A stretch of 64,000 bases of DNA from Novipirellula aureliae (GTDB lineage: Bacteria; Planctomycetota; Planctomycetia; Pirellulales; Pirellulaceae), in NCBI RefSeq assembly GCF_007860185.1, contig NZ_SJPY01000002.1, positions 252,374-316,373 of the forward strand. The letters are read 5' to 3'. The position numbers and the translations under genes are program-made. The notes beneath the pieces were generated by a model that was given only the letters and a program-made list of their open reading frames with translations, searched no databases and was not told where the DNA came from. Within the stretch, counting starts at the first letter, position 1. Each line of letters opens with the position of its first letter. Of the stretch, positions 9,173-19,499 are shown piece by piece.

Positions 9173-11404
9173 ATGTCGACTGCATCGTCTGCCTCCCCGT
9201 CCCTACCGAGTCAAATTCAAATCCAGCTTCCTGACGGAACGATCGCCAAACATCCTGGCGATACCACGGCGATGGACATCGCCAAAGGGATCAGCGAGGG
9301 GTTAGCCCGCAGCGTGATGGCAGCCGAGGTTTCGGGAAAGATTGTCGACGCCAATCGCCCACTCGGTGAATTGGCTCAGGATGATTCGCCCATGCCACTT
9401 CGGCTACTGACCAACCGAGACAGCGAATCACTCGATGTGCTCCGTCACTCCGCCGCCCACGTGATGGCTCGTGCCGTGATGCGTCTTTACAAAGGTGTTT
9501 CGCTAGCATTCGGACCGACCACATCTGGCGGTTTCTACTATGATTTCGACATCCCCGAGAAGATTAGCGAAGACGATTTCCCGAAGATCGAAGCCGAAAT
9601 CAAAAAAATCATCAAAGAGAAAGAACCATTCGAGCGGTTTATTCTCGACCGTGACGAAGCAAGAAAGTTGTGCAACGATCTTGAGCAAGATTTGAAGGTC
9701 GAGCATATCGAAACCGGACTCGGCGACCAGCCGACGGTCAGTTTTTATCGCCAAGGCGAATTCGTCGATTTGTGCCGCGGTCCTCATATCCCCGATGCGG
9801 GAAAGATCAAAGCGATCAAATTGATGAGTATCGCGGGTGCGTATTGGAAGGGCGACGCTTCGGGCCGACAACTGCAACGACTTTATGGAACCGCTTTCTT
9901 CGACAAAAAGGAATTGGCGGCCTATTTAGAGCGACTCGAAGAAGCACGCCGACGCGACCATCGTGTGCTCGGTAAACAACACGGCCTGTTCGCGATCAAC
10001 CCCGAAGTGGGTCAAGGTCTATGCCTGTGGCTACCCAAGGGCGCTAGGGTACGTAGTACGCTCGAGGATTTCCTACGAAAAGAATTGCTGTCGCGAGGCT
10101 ACGACCCTGTCTATAGCCCTCATATCGGGCGAGTGGAATTGTATGAAACCAGCGGCCACTTTCCGTACTATCGCGACAGCCAATTCTCGCCATTGTTCGG
10201 TAGTGAAGCAGGTGGCATGATCGACGCCTGGACCCAGCGACTCGAAGCTGGCACGCTCGGCAAAGATGACGAAGAAAAGTTGATGGAAGCGGCCAAAGTG
10301 CTCGGAGCCGATATCCCCGATTACAAACCATCGGCATCGAACGAAGAGAAACGAGCGGTGCTGCATCGTTGGCAATCTGTTCATGAACGGTACTTGGTTA
10401 AACCGATGAATTGCCCGCATCATTGCCACATGTTCAAGGCTCAACCGCGATCGTATCGCCAATTGCCACTCCGGTTATTCGAGTTTGGAACGGTCTACCG
10501 TCACGAGCAAACGGGGGAACTGAACGGCATGCTACGTGTTCGCGGTTTGACTCAAGACGATGCCCATATCTTCTGCACTGCTGAACAAGTGGAAGCGGAA
10601 TTCAAAGCGACAATCGATTTGACCAAGTTTGTCTTGGAAGCGGTGGGACTACGCGACTATCGAGTTCAATTGTCGCTGCGTGATCCCAAGAGCGATAAGT
10701 ATGTCGGCAGCGAAGAGAATTGGACCCATGCCGAAAATGCGCTGCGAGAAGTGATGCAACATTCGGGGCTTCAATTCAACGAGGAACAAGGCGAGGCGGC
10801 CTTCTATGGACCGAAGGCCGACTTCATGGTCCGCGATTGTATCGGTCGATCTTGGCAGCTTGGTACCGTCCAACTCGACTACAATTTGCCTGAGCGTTTC
10901 AAACTCGAATACACAGGCACGGACAACGCGACGCACCGTCCCGTCATGATTCACCGTGCCCCGTTCGGTTCAATGGAACGGTTCACGGGAATGTTGATCG
11001 AGCACTTTGCCGGTGCATTCCCAATGTGGCTATCGCCCGAGCAAGTTCGCGTATTACCGCTTAGTGACAAGTCGATTGACTATGCCGTCGCGGTCGCAAA
11101 GCAGTTTGATGAAGCCGGGCTAAAGGTCACGATCGATAACAACGATGGCAAAGTCCAAGCCAAGATTCGCAATGCCCAGCTCGACCTCGTCAACTACATG
11201 GCCGTCGTCGGACCCAAGGAAGCGGAAGCGGGTCACGTTGCCCTGCGAGACCGGATTGAAGGCGATTTGGGATCGATGCCAATCGCCGAGGCGATTGCAA
11301 AATTGACGAAGGAAACCGACGAGCGAATCGTCCGCCAAGCGGTTCAAGGAACAGTCGACGGCGCCGCCGCCGTCGACTCCGGTGCCACCGGTCACGAGTA
11401 CTAA
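9173..11404 (+). CDS. thrS: threonine--tRNA ligase
   Basis: TGS domain at the N-terminus, [11 protein letters not shown] editing motif, class II core ([34 protein letters not shown]), anticodon-binding domain. 743 aa with extensions at both ends relative to the ~640-aa canonical enzyme. Confidence 0.95.
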   Translation: MSTASSASPSLPSQIQIQLPDGTIAKHPGDTTAMDIAKGISEGLARSVMAAEVSGKIVDANRPLGELAQDDSPMPLRLLTNRDSESLDVLRHSAAHVMARAVMRLYKGVSLAFGPTTSGGFYYDFDIPEKISEDDFPKIEAEIKKIIKEKEPFERFILDRDEARKLCNDLEQDLKVEHIETGLGDQPTVSFYRQGEFVDLCRGPHIPDAGKIKAIKLMSIAGAYWKGDASGRQLQRLYGTAFFDKKELAAYLERLEEARRRDHRVLGKQHGLFAINPEVGQGLCLWLPKGARVRSTLEDFLRKELLSRGYDPVYSPHIGRVELYETSGHFPYYRDSQFSPLFGSEAGGMIDAWTQRLEAGTLGKDDEEKLMEAAKVLGADIPDYKPSASNEEKRAVLHRWQSVHERYLVKPMNCPHHCHMFKAQPRSYRQLPLRLFEFGTVYRHEQTGELNGMLRVRGLTQDDAHIFCTAEQVEAEFKATIDLTKFVLEAVGLRDYRVQLSLRDPKSDKYVGSEENWTHAENALREVMQHSGLQFNEEQGEAAFYGPKADFMVRDCIGRSWQLGTVQLDYNLPERFKLEYTGTDNATHRPVMIHRAPFGSMERFTGMLIEHFAGAFPMWLSPEQVRVLPLSDKSIDYAVAVAKQFDEAGLKVTIDNNDGKVQAKIRNAQLDLVNYMAVVGPKEAEAGHVALRDRIEGDLGSMPIAEAIAKLTKETDERIVRQAVQGTVDGAAAVDSGATGHEY

Positions 11405-11512
11405 ACACTCCAACCCCTAGTGCCCCAAGCTTTAGCCTCTACACGAGTGTTCAGAGGACCGGAAGGCTTGCGCCCGGTCGTTAATTTGTTAGCGGAACGG
11501 CGCAAGCGGACT

Positions 11513-11930
11513 GTCGAGTCAATCGTTTAACGCTTAGCCGAAGGCGCCAGCTTTCCCATAAGCGGTCGCCTTTGGCTTGGCGTTAAACAATAAGTCGAGT
11601 CAATCGTTTAACGCTTAGCCGAAGGCGCCAGCTTTCCCATAAGCGGTCGCCTTTGGCTTGGCGTTAAACAATAAGTCGAGTCAATCGTTTAACGCTTAGC
11701 CGAAGGCGCCAGCTTTCCCATAAGCGGTCGCCTTTGGCTTGGCGTTAAACAATAAGTCGAGTCAATCGTTTAACGCTTAGCCGAAGGCGCCAGCTTTCCC
11801 ATAAGCGGTCGCCTTTGGCTTGGCGTTAAACAATAAGTCGAGTCAATCGTTTAACGCTTAGCCGAAGGCGCCAGCTTTCCCATAAGCGGTCGCCTTTGGC
11901 TTGGCGTTAAACAATAAGTCGAGTCAAACC
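11513..11930. repeat. 81-bp tandem repeat x5 (plus partial sixth), each unit a long imperfect hairpin
   Basis: Unit gtcgagtcaatcgtttaacgcttagccgaaggcgccagctttcccataagcggtcgcctttggcttggcgttaaacaataa starts at 11513, 11594, 11675, 11756 and 11837. The stem GTTTAACGC...GCGTTAAAC has a secondary arm CCGAAGGCG/CGCCTTTGG. Lies between convergent thrS and glycosyltransferase 3' ends. Confidence 0.9.
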
Positions 11931-11991
11931 GATTAAATCAACAGCCTGCAAGCCGTCCGGTTTCACCGTAATGTTCAACCTGGACCAAGCA

Positions 11992-13290
11992 CTAGGATTG
12001 AGCAAACAATGTTGCCAAGGCTCGGCTGGCATTTTCGATCGAGTGTTTTTCGTGTACTGATCTGTGCCCGTTTTTGCTCAGTTCTTTTCGCAGTAACGGA
12101 TCGTTCTTTAATCGCAGGATCGCCTCGGCTAATGCGTGATGGTCGTTCGGTGGCACGAGGATGCCGCCGCCTGTCGATGCGATGAGCTCCGAAAACCCAC
12201 CGTGGTCTGGCAACACGACGGGAACCCCCGACGCCATGGCTTCAAGTGCAAACAATCCCTTTGGGTCTTCGTACTCGGTTGGCACGGACAACAAATCAAG
12301 AGACTGTAAAAACGCAACCTTCTCGGCCAATTCAGGGCTGCCGTGATACGTGAAACGGTCTTCCAAACCGGCTTCACGGACTCGCGTTTGGATCGTCTTC
12401 AAATAGGGACGATTGACTTCGCCGAGCCAACCAGCGACCTCGAGTGTGACGTCGTGATGCTCGTTTGCAAGGTGCAGAAACGCGTCAACCAGACGATGCA
12501 GTCCCTTTTCGGGTGATATTCTGGCCAAGTATCCAATGCGAAAGGTTTTGGTTTTGCCGTGCGATCGATCGGGCACGGATGTTAGAGACGCGGAGTAGGC
12601 GGCAGCATCGATCGACAAAGGCGTTTGAAAGAGTTTCTCCGGGGGGATGTTCAAAAGCGTGCCCATTCTATCAGCGTAAAAACGGCTGTTAACGACAAAT
12701 CGATCGACCGAACTGACCAGTTTGCTGCACAAGGCGATCGCTTCAGCACGGGCTTCGGTCGGAAGGTGGTCGAGAAAGATATCATCGCCTTGCAACATCA
12801 CAATAACCTGAGTCTCTGGAAGCCGACGATGGACGAGCGGAAGCGAACCACCAATGAGCAGATTGCTCAAAATAAGTACGTCGGGTTGAATTTTGTTCTC
12901 TAACCAATCAACCAGCCGGATAACTTCTTCGGACTGCCGCCCGTCGGTTCCTTGGAGCATCGAGATTGCCAAGTCGCCGAGTTTCGCGGGATCGGTCGAT
13001 GCGGCTTTACGAGTTGCCACTCGGATCAACGGCGGCCAATCGAGAAATCGGCGTGCGGATTGAGGGACAAACCGCAGCCACGGCATCTGTTGGAGCAAAT
13101 AAACGTGAATGCCGCCAAAGAAGATTTTCTCACTCGCAACGCTGATCGAATCGGTCCGAATCGGCGTATAGATTGGTTGCAGCAAACAATCGTAGCCATC
13201 AGCGATGAGCGTTCGAGCCAACGCGTTGTCGTGCATGCAACTGCCGCAGTACATGCCAGCAGCACCGGCGGTCAAGAAGACAACTTTCAT
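11992..13290 (-). CDS. glycosyltransferase family 4 (GT-B, GT1-type C-terminal domain)
   Basis: MKVVFLTAGAAGMYCGSCMHDN N-terminal domain and C-terminal E..GLFALEAMASGVPVV motif characteristic of GT4 retaining glycosyltransferases. Start set to the ATG at 13288-13290 (MKVVFLT) rather than the longer track ORF. Confidence 0.75.
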   Translation of the reverse strand: MKVVFLTAGAAGMYCGSCMHDNALARTLIADGYDCLLQPIYTPIRTDSISVASEKIFFGGIHVYLLQQMPWLRFVPQSARRFLDWPPLIRVATRKAASTDPAKLGDLAISMLQGTDGRQSEEVIRLVDWLENKIQPDVLILSNLLIGGSLPLVHRRLPETQVIVMLQGDDIFLDHLPTEARAEAIALCSKLVSSVDRFVVNSRFYADRMGTLLNIPPEKLFQTPLSIDAAAYSASLTSVPDRSHGKTKTFRIGYLARISPEKGLHRLVDAFLHLANEHHDVTLEVAGWLGEVNRPYLKTIQTRVREAGLEDRFTYHGSPELAEKVAFLQSLDLLSVPTEYEDPKGLFALEAMASGVPVVLPDHGGFSELIASTGGGILVPPNDHHALAEAILRLKNDPLLRKELSKNGHRSVHEKHSIENASRALATLFAQS

Positions 13291-13539
13291 GTTTGTTTTC
13301 AGCGATCGGATGGTTGATTGTGGTTGTTCCATGCGGATTCTATACTCTCGGTACGGTTGTCCGACGACCGCACCGCCGCATTTCCCCCACACACCTTAAT
13401 GCCTTCAAAGCCAGGAGGCAATTCGCCCCCTTATAACGCCGCGAGCGGTGTCCTGGACAGCAGAACACCCAATCGTCGCACTTAGGCGAGAATAAGAGAT
13501 GTCGAAATTCGCTTTTCGAGTATCCTCACAAGAAACAAT

Positions 13540-15351
13540 ATGTCAGCAAATAATACAGCATCAAACATCCGCAATTTTGCCATCATTGCCCATATCGACC
13601 ACGGCAAGAGCACGTTGGCCGACCGATTGTTGGAATTTACCGAGACGGTGACCCTGCGGCAAATGAAAGAGCAATTGCTCGACGATTTAGAACTTGAACG
13701 GTCGCGAGGGATCACGATCAAGGCCCACGCGGTTTCCATGCGATTTAACCGCAAGGGCAAGGATTACGAGCTAAATCTAATCGACACGCCCGGACACGTT
13801 GACTTTCATTACGAGGTTTCCCGATCGTTAGCATGTTGCGAAGGCGTGCTACTGCTCGTTGATGCGTTTCAAGGTGTCGAAGCACAAACGGTCGCCAATG
13901 CGTATGCCGCGATGGAGCACGATCTGAAAATCATTCCGGTCATCAACAAAATTGACTTGACTCACGCCCGGCCAGATGAAGTTGCCGAAGAGATGATGAA
14001 TTCACTCGGCACCGACCCGGATGAATGCGTCCGGGTCAGTGCGAAGACAGGCGAAGGGGTTCCCGATCTACTCGACGCGATCATCGAACACATACCCGCG
14101 CCAACGGGTGACGCCCAAGCGACGTTGCAAGCGATGGTGTTCGATTCGAATTATGACGATTTCCGAGGTGCGATCACCTATGTGCGGATCATGAACGGAA
14201 CCGTCCGCAAAGGTCAAAAAATCCGTTTTTTGAGAGCGGGTTCTGTCCATGAAGTGGTCGAACTAGGGCGATTCTCTCCACAACGCGTTGCTTGCAACGA
14301 ACTAAAGGCGGGACAAGTCGGCTATTTGATTTGTAACATCAAAAGTCTCAGTGACGTTCACATTGGCGACACGATTAGTATCCCAGGTGATAAACCGGCA
14401 CCAGCGTTGCCTGGCTACTCACTGCCCAAACGAATGGTTTACTGTGGTTTGTTCCCAAGCGATGGCCAAGATTTTTCGGAATTGCGTGATGCACTCGAGC
14501 GATTGTCGATCAATGACCCAAGCTTCGAATTCGAACCGGAAACCAGCGACGCATTGGGCTTCGGTTTCCGCTGTGGTTTCCTAGGGCTTTTGCACATGGA
14601 GATCATCCAACAGCGATTGGAGAATGAATCCGACATTGACTTGGTTCAAACCGCCCCGAATGTGACCTACGAGATTGTGACGAAACGCAATCAGCTTCTA
14701 ACGATTCACAAGCCGCAAGACGTCCCCGATCCAGGTGATATCGAAGAGTTCCGCCAACCGATCGTCAGGTGTAGCATCGTTGTTCCTGACGAATACATCG
14801 GATCGGTGATCCAATTGTGCCAAGAACGTCGAGGGATTCTCAAAACGCAAGAGTACATTGGCGCTGGGCGAGCGATGTTGGTTTATAACATTCCATTAGC
14901 GGAAGTCGTTTACGATTTGCATGATAAAATAAAGAGCTGCACGCGAGGCTACGGGACGCTCGATTACGAGATGGTGGGCTACGAGCCAGCGGACTTGTGC
15001 CGATTGGACATTATGGTCAATGGGAATCGAGTCGATGCATTGAGTATCGTTTGCAACAAAGCGGATGCCGATCGCCGCGGCCGAGCGGTCGCAAAGAAAT
15101 TAAAAGCGGAAATTGATCGGCACATGTTTGAAGTTGCCGTTCAGGCCGCGATCGGCAGTCGGGTGATCGCCCGAGAAACGGTTCCCGCAATGCGAAAAAA
15201 CGTGACGGCGAAGTGTTACGGAGGCGATATCACTCGCAAACGCAAGTTACTACAAAAGCAGAAGGAAGGAAAAAAACGCATGAAGGCGATTGGCAACGTC
15301 GAGATCAGCCAAAAAGCATTCATGGCCGTGCTAAGCGATGGTGAAGGCTAA
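13540..15351 (+). CDS. lepA: elongation factor 4 (translational GTPase LepA)
   Basis: IRNFAIIAHIDHGKSTLADRLL G1 motif, DTPGHVDF, NKID, full-length LepA including the unique C-terminal domain. Confidence 0.95.
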   Translation: MSANNTASNIRNFAIIAHIDHGKSTLADRLLEFTETVTLRQMKEQLLDDLELERSRGITIKAHAVSMRFNRKGKDYELNLIDTPGHVDFHYEVSRSLACCEGVLLLVDAFQGVEAQTVANAYAAMEHDLKIIPVINKIDLTHARPDEVAEEMMNSLGTDPDECVRVSAKTGEGVPDLLDAIIEHIPAPTGDAQATLQAMVFDSNYDDFRGAITYVRIMNGTVRKGQKIRFLRAGSVHEVVELGRFSPQRVACNELKAGQVGYLICNIKSLSDVHIGDTISIPGDKPAPALPGYSLPKRMVYCGLFPSDGQDFSELRDALERLSINDPSFEFEPETSDALGFGFRCGFLGLLHMEIIQQRLENESDIDLVQTAPNVTYEIVTKRNQLLTIHKPQDVPDPGDIEEFRQPIVRCSIVVPDEYIGSVIQLCQERRGILKTQEYIGAGRAMLVYNIPLAEVVYDLHDKIKSCTRGYGTLDYEMVGYEPADLCRLDIMVNGNRVDALSIVCNKADADRRGRAVAKKLKAEIDRHMFEVAVQAAIGSRVIARETVPAMRKNVTAKCYGGDITRKRKLLQKQKEGKKRMKAIGNVEISQKAFMAVLSDGEG

Positions 15352-15411
15352 GGCTGTTCCGCGATTTTCGAGAAACACTGCAAAACCGCCTTCTGGGCCA
15401 TCACGAACAAA

Positions 15412-16995
15412 CTACAACGTCAATCCTAACTGAGAACGCGTTTTTTCGGGTACGACTCGGTCGAAAATGATGGCGGCACTGGAGTTGGTTTTATGCAATT
15501 CTTTGTAGGCGGCTTGCAGTTGAGCTTGAGTCTCCTGCAATAGCTCGGGGCGGTCCAACTGTTTGAGCCCCTCGCAGCGACTCACCAAGGCTAAAGTCCG
15601 ATAGAGCCGATCAATTTTTGGATCTGCGGACAATCGCCGCAGCACTTCCTCGGCCGCGCGCCATTGATTATCACTTTGCATTTGCCGCGCCATTTGCAAT
15701 TGGCTCTTTGCATAGTAACGGATATGGAGGGATTGGTTTTCAACGGGTGGGAAGTAGTCCGATACCGCGGACCACCCTGCTTCGTCGTTGCGAACGACAG
15801 CGATCAGGTATTGCTCTTCAACGCTTGTTGCCTGCGGAACTTGGTCAGGACGAAGTATTTGCGTGACACTTTTTGGTGGCCTCGACAGCATCGCGGCGCA
15901 AGTCCCGATGATTCCGATCATGACCGCCGCGACAGCCCCGGTCCATTTCAAAGCCTTGCGTCGGTTTCGCTGGCGGGACTCATCTACGATTCGTTGCAGC
16001 CGGACCGTCGCGGCAGCGGTTCCAATCGTTACAGCCGAAGTGCCACCGGAGATGGTTTGAGCATGAATCGCCGCGAGCACTTCGCTAGGTGATTGAAAAC
16101 GATCTTCGGGTCGTTTGCGAATCAATTTCGCCACGATCGCGATCAGCCATTCGGGAACATCGCTTGATCCACGCGCCAAATCCAAGGGAGCTGGAATCTC
16201 GTGTAGATGCATGACCGCCAAGGCCAGCGGATCTTCCGCTTCGAACGGTGGACGGCCTGCGATCAAATGGTACATCGAAATGCCGAGCGAATACAAATCG
16301 CTGCGAACATCGACAACATGCCCTTGAATCTGTTCGGGGCTCATGTACCGCGGCGTGCCGAGTGTCAACCCAACTTGCGTCAGGTCGCTTCGAGTGGCAT
16401 CGACGGAGTCGGTTGCCACTCGAGCCAATCCAAAGTCGGCAACTTTAATGATCCCGCGACTCGAACGCATGATGTTTTCGGGTTTGATATCCCGGTGCGT
16501 AATCCTTGCCTCGGCCGCAACTTCCAAAGCCGAACCGACTGCCATCAAAACCTCAATCGCTTCGTCCGCACTGACAGCCCCGGACCGAGTGATCACCTGC
16601 CGTAAATTGTCGCCATCGACCAATTCTTGAGCAATGTAGTGAAAGGAATCGACGTTTCCAACTTCGTAAATTTGAATAATATTGGGGTGGTTTAACTTTG
16701 CGGCCGCCTTGGCTTCTCGGCGAAATCGATTGACGTACGTTTCATCACTGGCAAAATCGCTTCGCAGTACTTTGATCGCGACTTCACGTCCTAGAATCAG
16801 ATCGCGTGCGGCATAGACATCCGCCATTCCGCCCCGGCCAAGTTTCCGTAAGATTTGATAGTTGCCTAACCGCGATCCCATCAACTGAGACGAGGACACG
16901 ATACCTTTTCGTTCCGAAACCGAATCCATTGCTTCGCCCATTGCTTCGGTACGCTCAGCCAACGGATCGCTTAGATCAGAGTCGTCGTGAATCAA
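15412..16995 (-). CDS. serine/threonine protein kinase with single TM helix and C-terminal extracytoplasmic domain
   Basis: Hanks kinase motifs LGRGGMADVYAARD, AIKVL, HRDIKPENIM, DFGLA, SPEQ. One hydrophobic helix (AVAAVMIGIIGTCAAML) followed by ~150 aa. Confidence 0.9.
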   Translation of the reverse strand: MIHDDSDLSDPLAERTEAMGEAMDSVSERKGIVSSSQLMGSRLGNYQILRKLGRGGMADVYAARDLILGREVAIKVLRSDFASDETYVNRFRREAKAAAKLNHPNIIQIYEVGNVDSFHYIAQELVDGDNLRQVITRSGAVSADEAIEVLMAVGSALEVAAEARITHRDIKPENIMRSSRGIIKVADFGLARVATDSVDATRSDLTQVGLTLGTPRYMSPEQIQGHVVDVRSDLYSLGISMYHLIAGRPPFEAEDPLALAVMHLHEIPAPLDLARGSSDVPEWLIAIVAKLIRKRPEDRFQSPSEVLAAIHAQTISGGTSAVTIGTAAATVRLQRIVDESRQRNRRKALKWTGAVAAVMIGIIGTCAAMLSRPPKSVTQILRPDQVPQATSVEEQYLIAVVRNDEAGWSAVSDYFPPVENQSLHIRYYAKSQLQMARQMQSDNQWRAAEEVLRRLSADPKIDRLYRTLALVSRCEGLKQLDRPELLQETQAQLQAAYKELHKTNSSAAIIFDRVVPEKTRSQLGLTL

Positions 16996-17855
16996 CGCGC
17001 GGTTCCCGTAGAAGTGGAGGTGGATGGACGAGTGAGATCGAAACCGACCAATACTTGGTTCAAGCTTCCTGATCGCAAACCTTCGACATCAACGGTAACA
17101 AACTGAAACCCAAGTGAGCGGAAGAATTGGTTCATCCGCTCCGCCAATCGGTTTTCACGGAGGCGATCTTGCTCGCTAGGTAGCAATTCCACACGAGCCA
17201 ATTCGTCAGCGTGGAGGCGAACGCGAAGGTCACTAAAACCTTGACCTCGCAGCCAAGCTTCCGCTCGTTCGATGCGGTCAAGACGGTCTGGGGTGACCGC
17301 CACTCCGTAAGAAATTCGACTGGCCAAGCAAGGGGATGCGGGCAATTCGGCATTGTCAAGCTTGAAATGGCGTGCCAGTTCCCGAACGTCCTGTTTCCCC
17401 AACCCTAAATCGGCGAGCGGTGTTTTGACCGAAGCAAGGTTTCCTGCTTCGATGCCAGGACGGTAATCGCCAAGATCGTCCGCATTGGTGCCACTGAGGA
17501 TCACCGCTCCATCGTACCGGACGGCCAACGTTGCCAACGTTTGATAGAGCGTTTGTTTGCAGTAAAAGCACCGCTTCGAATCGTTGCGCACATAGGAAGC
17601 ACGTTCGCCCTCGCGAGTGTCAACGATTTGGTGGTCGATTCCAATTTGGCTAGCAATCCGCTTCGCCCAATCAATTTGCCACTCAGGGACACTGGCCGAA
17701 TGCCCCGTTACCGCGATCGCCGAATCGAGACCAGCGAGGGCAGCAGCGGCAGCAACGACGCTACTATCGACGCCGCCCGAAAATGCGATCACGACCCGAC
17801 CGAGTGGACGGAGGTGATCGATCAGCAAATTTGCATTTTCAGAAACGGAAGACAT
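16992..17855 (-). CDS. larE: ATP-dependent sacrificial sulfur transferase LarE (PP-loop ATP pyrophosphatase family)
   Basis: Aligns along its whole length with LarE: PP-loop VVIAFSGGVDSS, DYRPGIEAG, conserved sacrificial-Cys region ASPCLASRISYG, LRVRLHADELARVELLP and LGFQFVTVDVEGLRSG. Its start overlaps the kinase stop by 4 bp. Confidence 0.8.
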   Translation of the reverse strand: MSSVSENANLLIDHLRPLGRVVIAFSGGVDSSVVAAAAALAGLDSAIAVTGHSASVPEWQIDWAKRIASQIGIDHQIVDTREGERASYVRNDSKRCFYCKQTLYQTLATLAVRYDGAVILSGTNADDLGDYRPGIEAGNLASVKTPLADLGLGKQDVRELARHFKLDNAELPASPCLASRISYGVAVTPDRLDRIERAEAWLRGQGFSDLRVRLHADELARVELLPSEQDRLRENRLAERMNQFFRSLGFQFVTVDVEGLRSGSLNQVLVGFDLTRPSTSTSTGTAR

Positions 17856-18095
17856 AAGTACTTGCGATTATAGCAAAAAAACGGGTTATAACGTCAACCA
17901 GTGCGTTGCAGGCGTACATTGTAAGCGAAAGCGGTGATTCATGCTGCGAGGCCTTCATTGAAAAAGCTAGGTTTCAAAGCCACAGTCTGAAAACGTAGCG
18001 AACATTGATGGTTTTCAGGCAGAGCCTCGTGCCTTTCTCGTGCCTTTACCGTAATTTTTTGCATTTTTACAATACAGCGACCTACTGGACTATCT

Positions 18096-19262
18096 ATGTT
18101 TTCCATTGAACGAACGGATCATTTGGCGACAATCGTTTCGGGGGCTGATTCGTCACGCGAACTTTGGAATTCGCTCGCCGATGGCGTCCCGTTTCGCGAA
18201 CCGAGTTGGTTGGAATCTTGGTGGGAATCGTTTTCAAATGGACAAGAACCCTACATTCTAATCGCACGCGACGCGTCGCGGCAAATTTGTGGCCTGTTGC
18301 CACTCTATCGAAAATCGGGTTCGCCCCGAGTATTGTGCTCCTTTGGCAATAATAATGTCTGCAGCGACTTCGTGTCCGTCATCGCCAAGCCTGAGAATGC
18401 AAAGGAAATCGCAAAGGCAATGGCAAATTTCCTAATCGATCAAATGAACGATTCGAACGATAGTTGGGATCTGATTGAAATGGATGGAATCAGTGAAAAC
18501 GATGAAGTCATGAAAACCTTTGCCGCAGAACTGGGAAAACGTAGTGCGATCGTTCACGCTCAGTCTCGGATGCACACTTGGCTGTTCGAATGTCAAGCAA
18601 CATGGGACGATTGGCTGCAAAAACTAAGTCGCCGAACTCGCCGAAAACACCATTTATTGGAATCTCGGGTCGAGGATACCGACGGCATGGAACTCGTCGT
18701 TGCATCAAATCACGACGAAGTAACCGCGCTCATCGACGGCTTGATCGATCTACATCAACGCCGCTGGAACGCGGTCGGGGAACCCGGCAGCTATGCGGAT
18801 CCGAAAATGCGAAGCTTTATCCAACAAGTCGCCAAGCATTGGCACGACCGAAACCGACTGCACCTCGTTGCGATTCTGATGGATGGAAAAACGATCGGTA
18901 ATGCGCTAAATTACCGAAGTGACGATGGATGCCTCTACGTCTATAGCACTGGCTATGACATCGAGGCGTCAAAACTCGAGCCAGGCCGAGTTTTGACGAC
19001 CAAGACGTTGAAATATGCTCACGAGCAGAAGATGAAAGGCGTTGAGTTTTTGCGTGGTGACGAAGCCTACAAAAAGATGCTCGGAGCCGTTCCAACGCGA
19101 TTGTTGGAATACCGAATCGTCGCACCTCGACTCTGGGCAAAGCTCAGTCATGCCGCCTGGGCTACCCAGTTCGAGCTAAAACAATGGGTACGTCGGCGCA
19201 CAGGCCGCGAAACCCTCGAGGTCGTCGATATCGCCAGTAGCAGCGTCTCTCCGAGACGCTGA
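18096..19262 (+). CDS. GNAT-fold acyltransferase, FemAB/BioF2-like (Acetyltransf_6) family
   Basis: 388 aa; N-terminal ~150 aa plus a C-terminal acyltransferase-like region (YVYSTGYD...GVEFLRGDEAYKKMLGA) resemble the FemAB/CelD-like GNAT family. The 3' end runs into the 60-bp repeat array. Confidence 0.5.
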   Translation: MFSIERTDHLATIVSGADSSRELWNSLADGVPFREPSWLESWWESFSNGQEPYILIARDASRQICGLLPLYRKSGSPRVLCSFGNNNVCSDFVSVIAKPENAKEIAKAMANFLIDQMNDSNDSWDLIEMDGISENDEVMKTFAAELGKRSAIVHAQSRMHTWLFECQATWDDWLQKLSRRTRRKHHLLESRVEDTDGMELVVASNHDEVTALIDGLIDLHQRRWNAVGEPGSYADPKMRSFIQQVAKHWHDRNRLHLVAILMDGKTIGNALNYRSDDGCLYVYSTGYDIEASKLEPGRVLTTKTLKYAHEQKMKGVEFLRGDEAYKKMLGAVPTRLLEYRIVAPRLWAKLSHAAWATQFELKQWVRRRTGRETLEVVDIASSSVSPRR

Positions 19263-19416
19263 ACACACCAAATCTCGGAGTGAATCGGCAACATACGTAG
19301 CAGCGTCTCTCCGAGACGCTGAACGCACCGAATCTCGAAGTGAATCGGCAACATACGTAGCAGCGTCTCTCCGAGACGCTAAACACACCAAATCTCGGAG
19401 TGAATCGTCAACATCT
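19237..19416. repeat. 60-bp tandem repeat x3 carrying the palindrome AGCGTCTCTCCGAGACGCT
   Basis: Unit gtagcagcgtctctccgagacgctgaacacaccaaatctcggagtgaatcggcaacatac starts at 19237, 19297 and 19357. First copy overlaps the last codons of the upstream CDS. Member of the GTCTC/GAGAC palindrome family also seen at 39712, 59143 and 61593. Confidence 0.9.
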
Positions 19417-19499
19417 TGCCAAAAACGATTTTTCGCGATATCGTCCTACGATCCGTCGTCTAACCGTTCTTTCAATGTCGATTTGCCTTTTATCTACCT

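Noticed and set aside
9291-10462. Multiple 77-129-aa ORFs on both strands inside thrS
   Set aside because: Fully nested in a well-supported, conserved aaRS gene. Typical high-GC spurious frames.
19148-19391. Three overlapping minus-strand ORFs (68-74 aa) across the 60-bp repeat array
   Set aside because: Repeat-derived periodic translations (…SERRCYVCCRF… repeated). Not genes.
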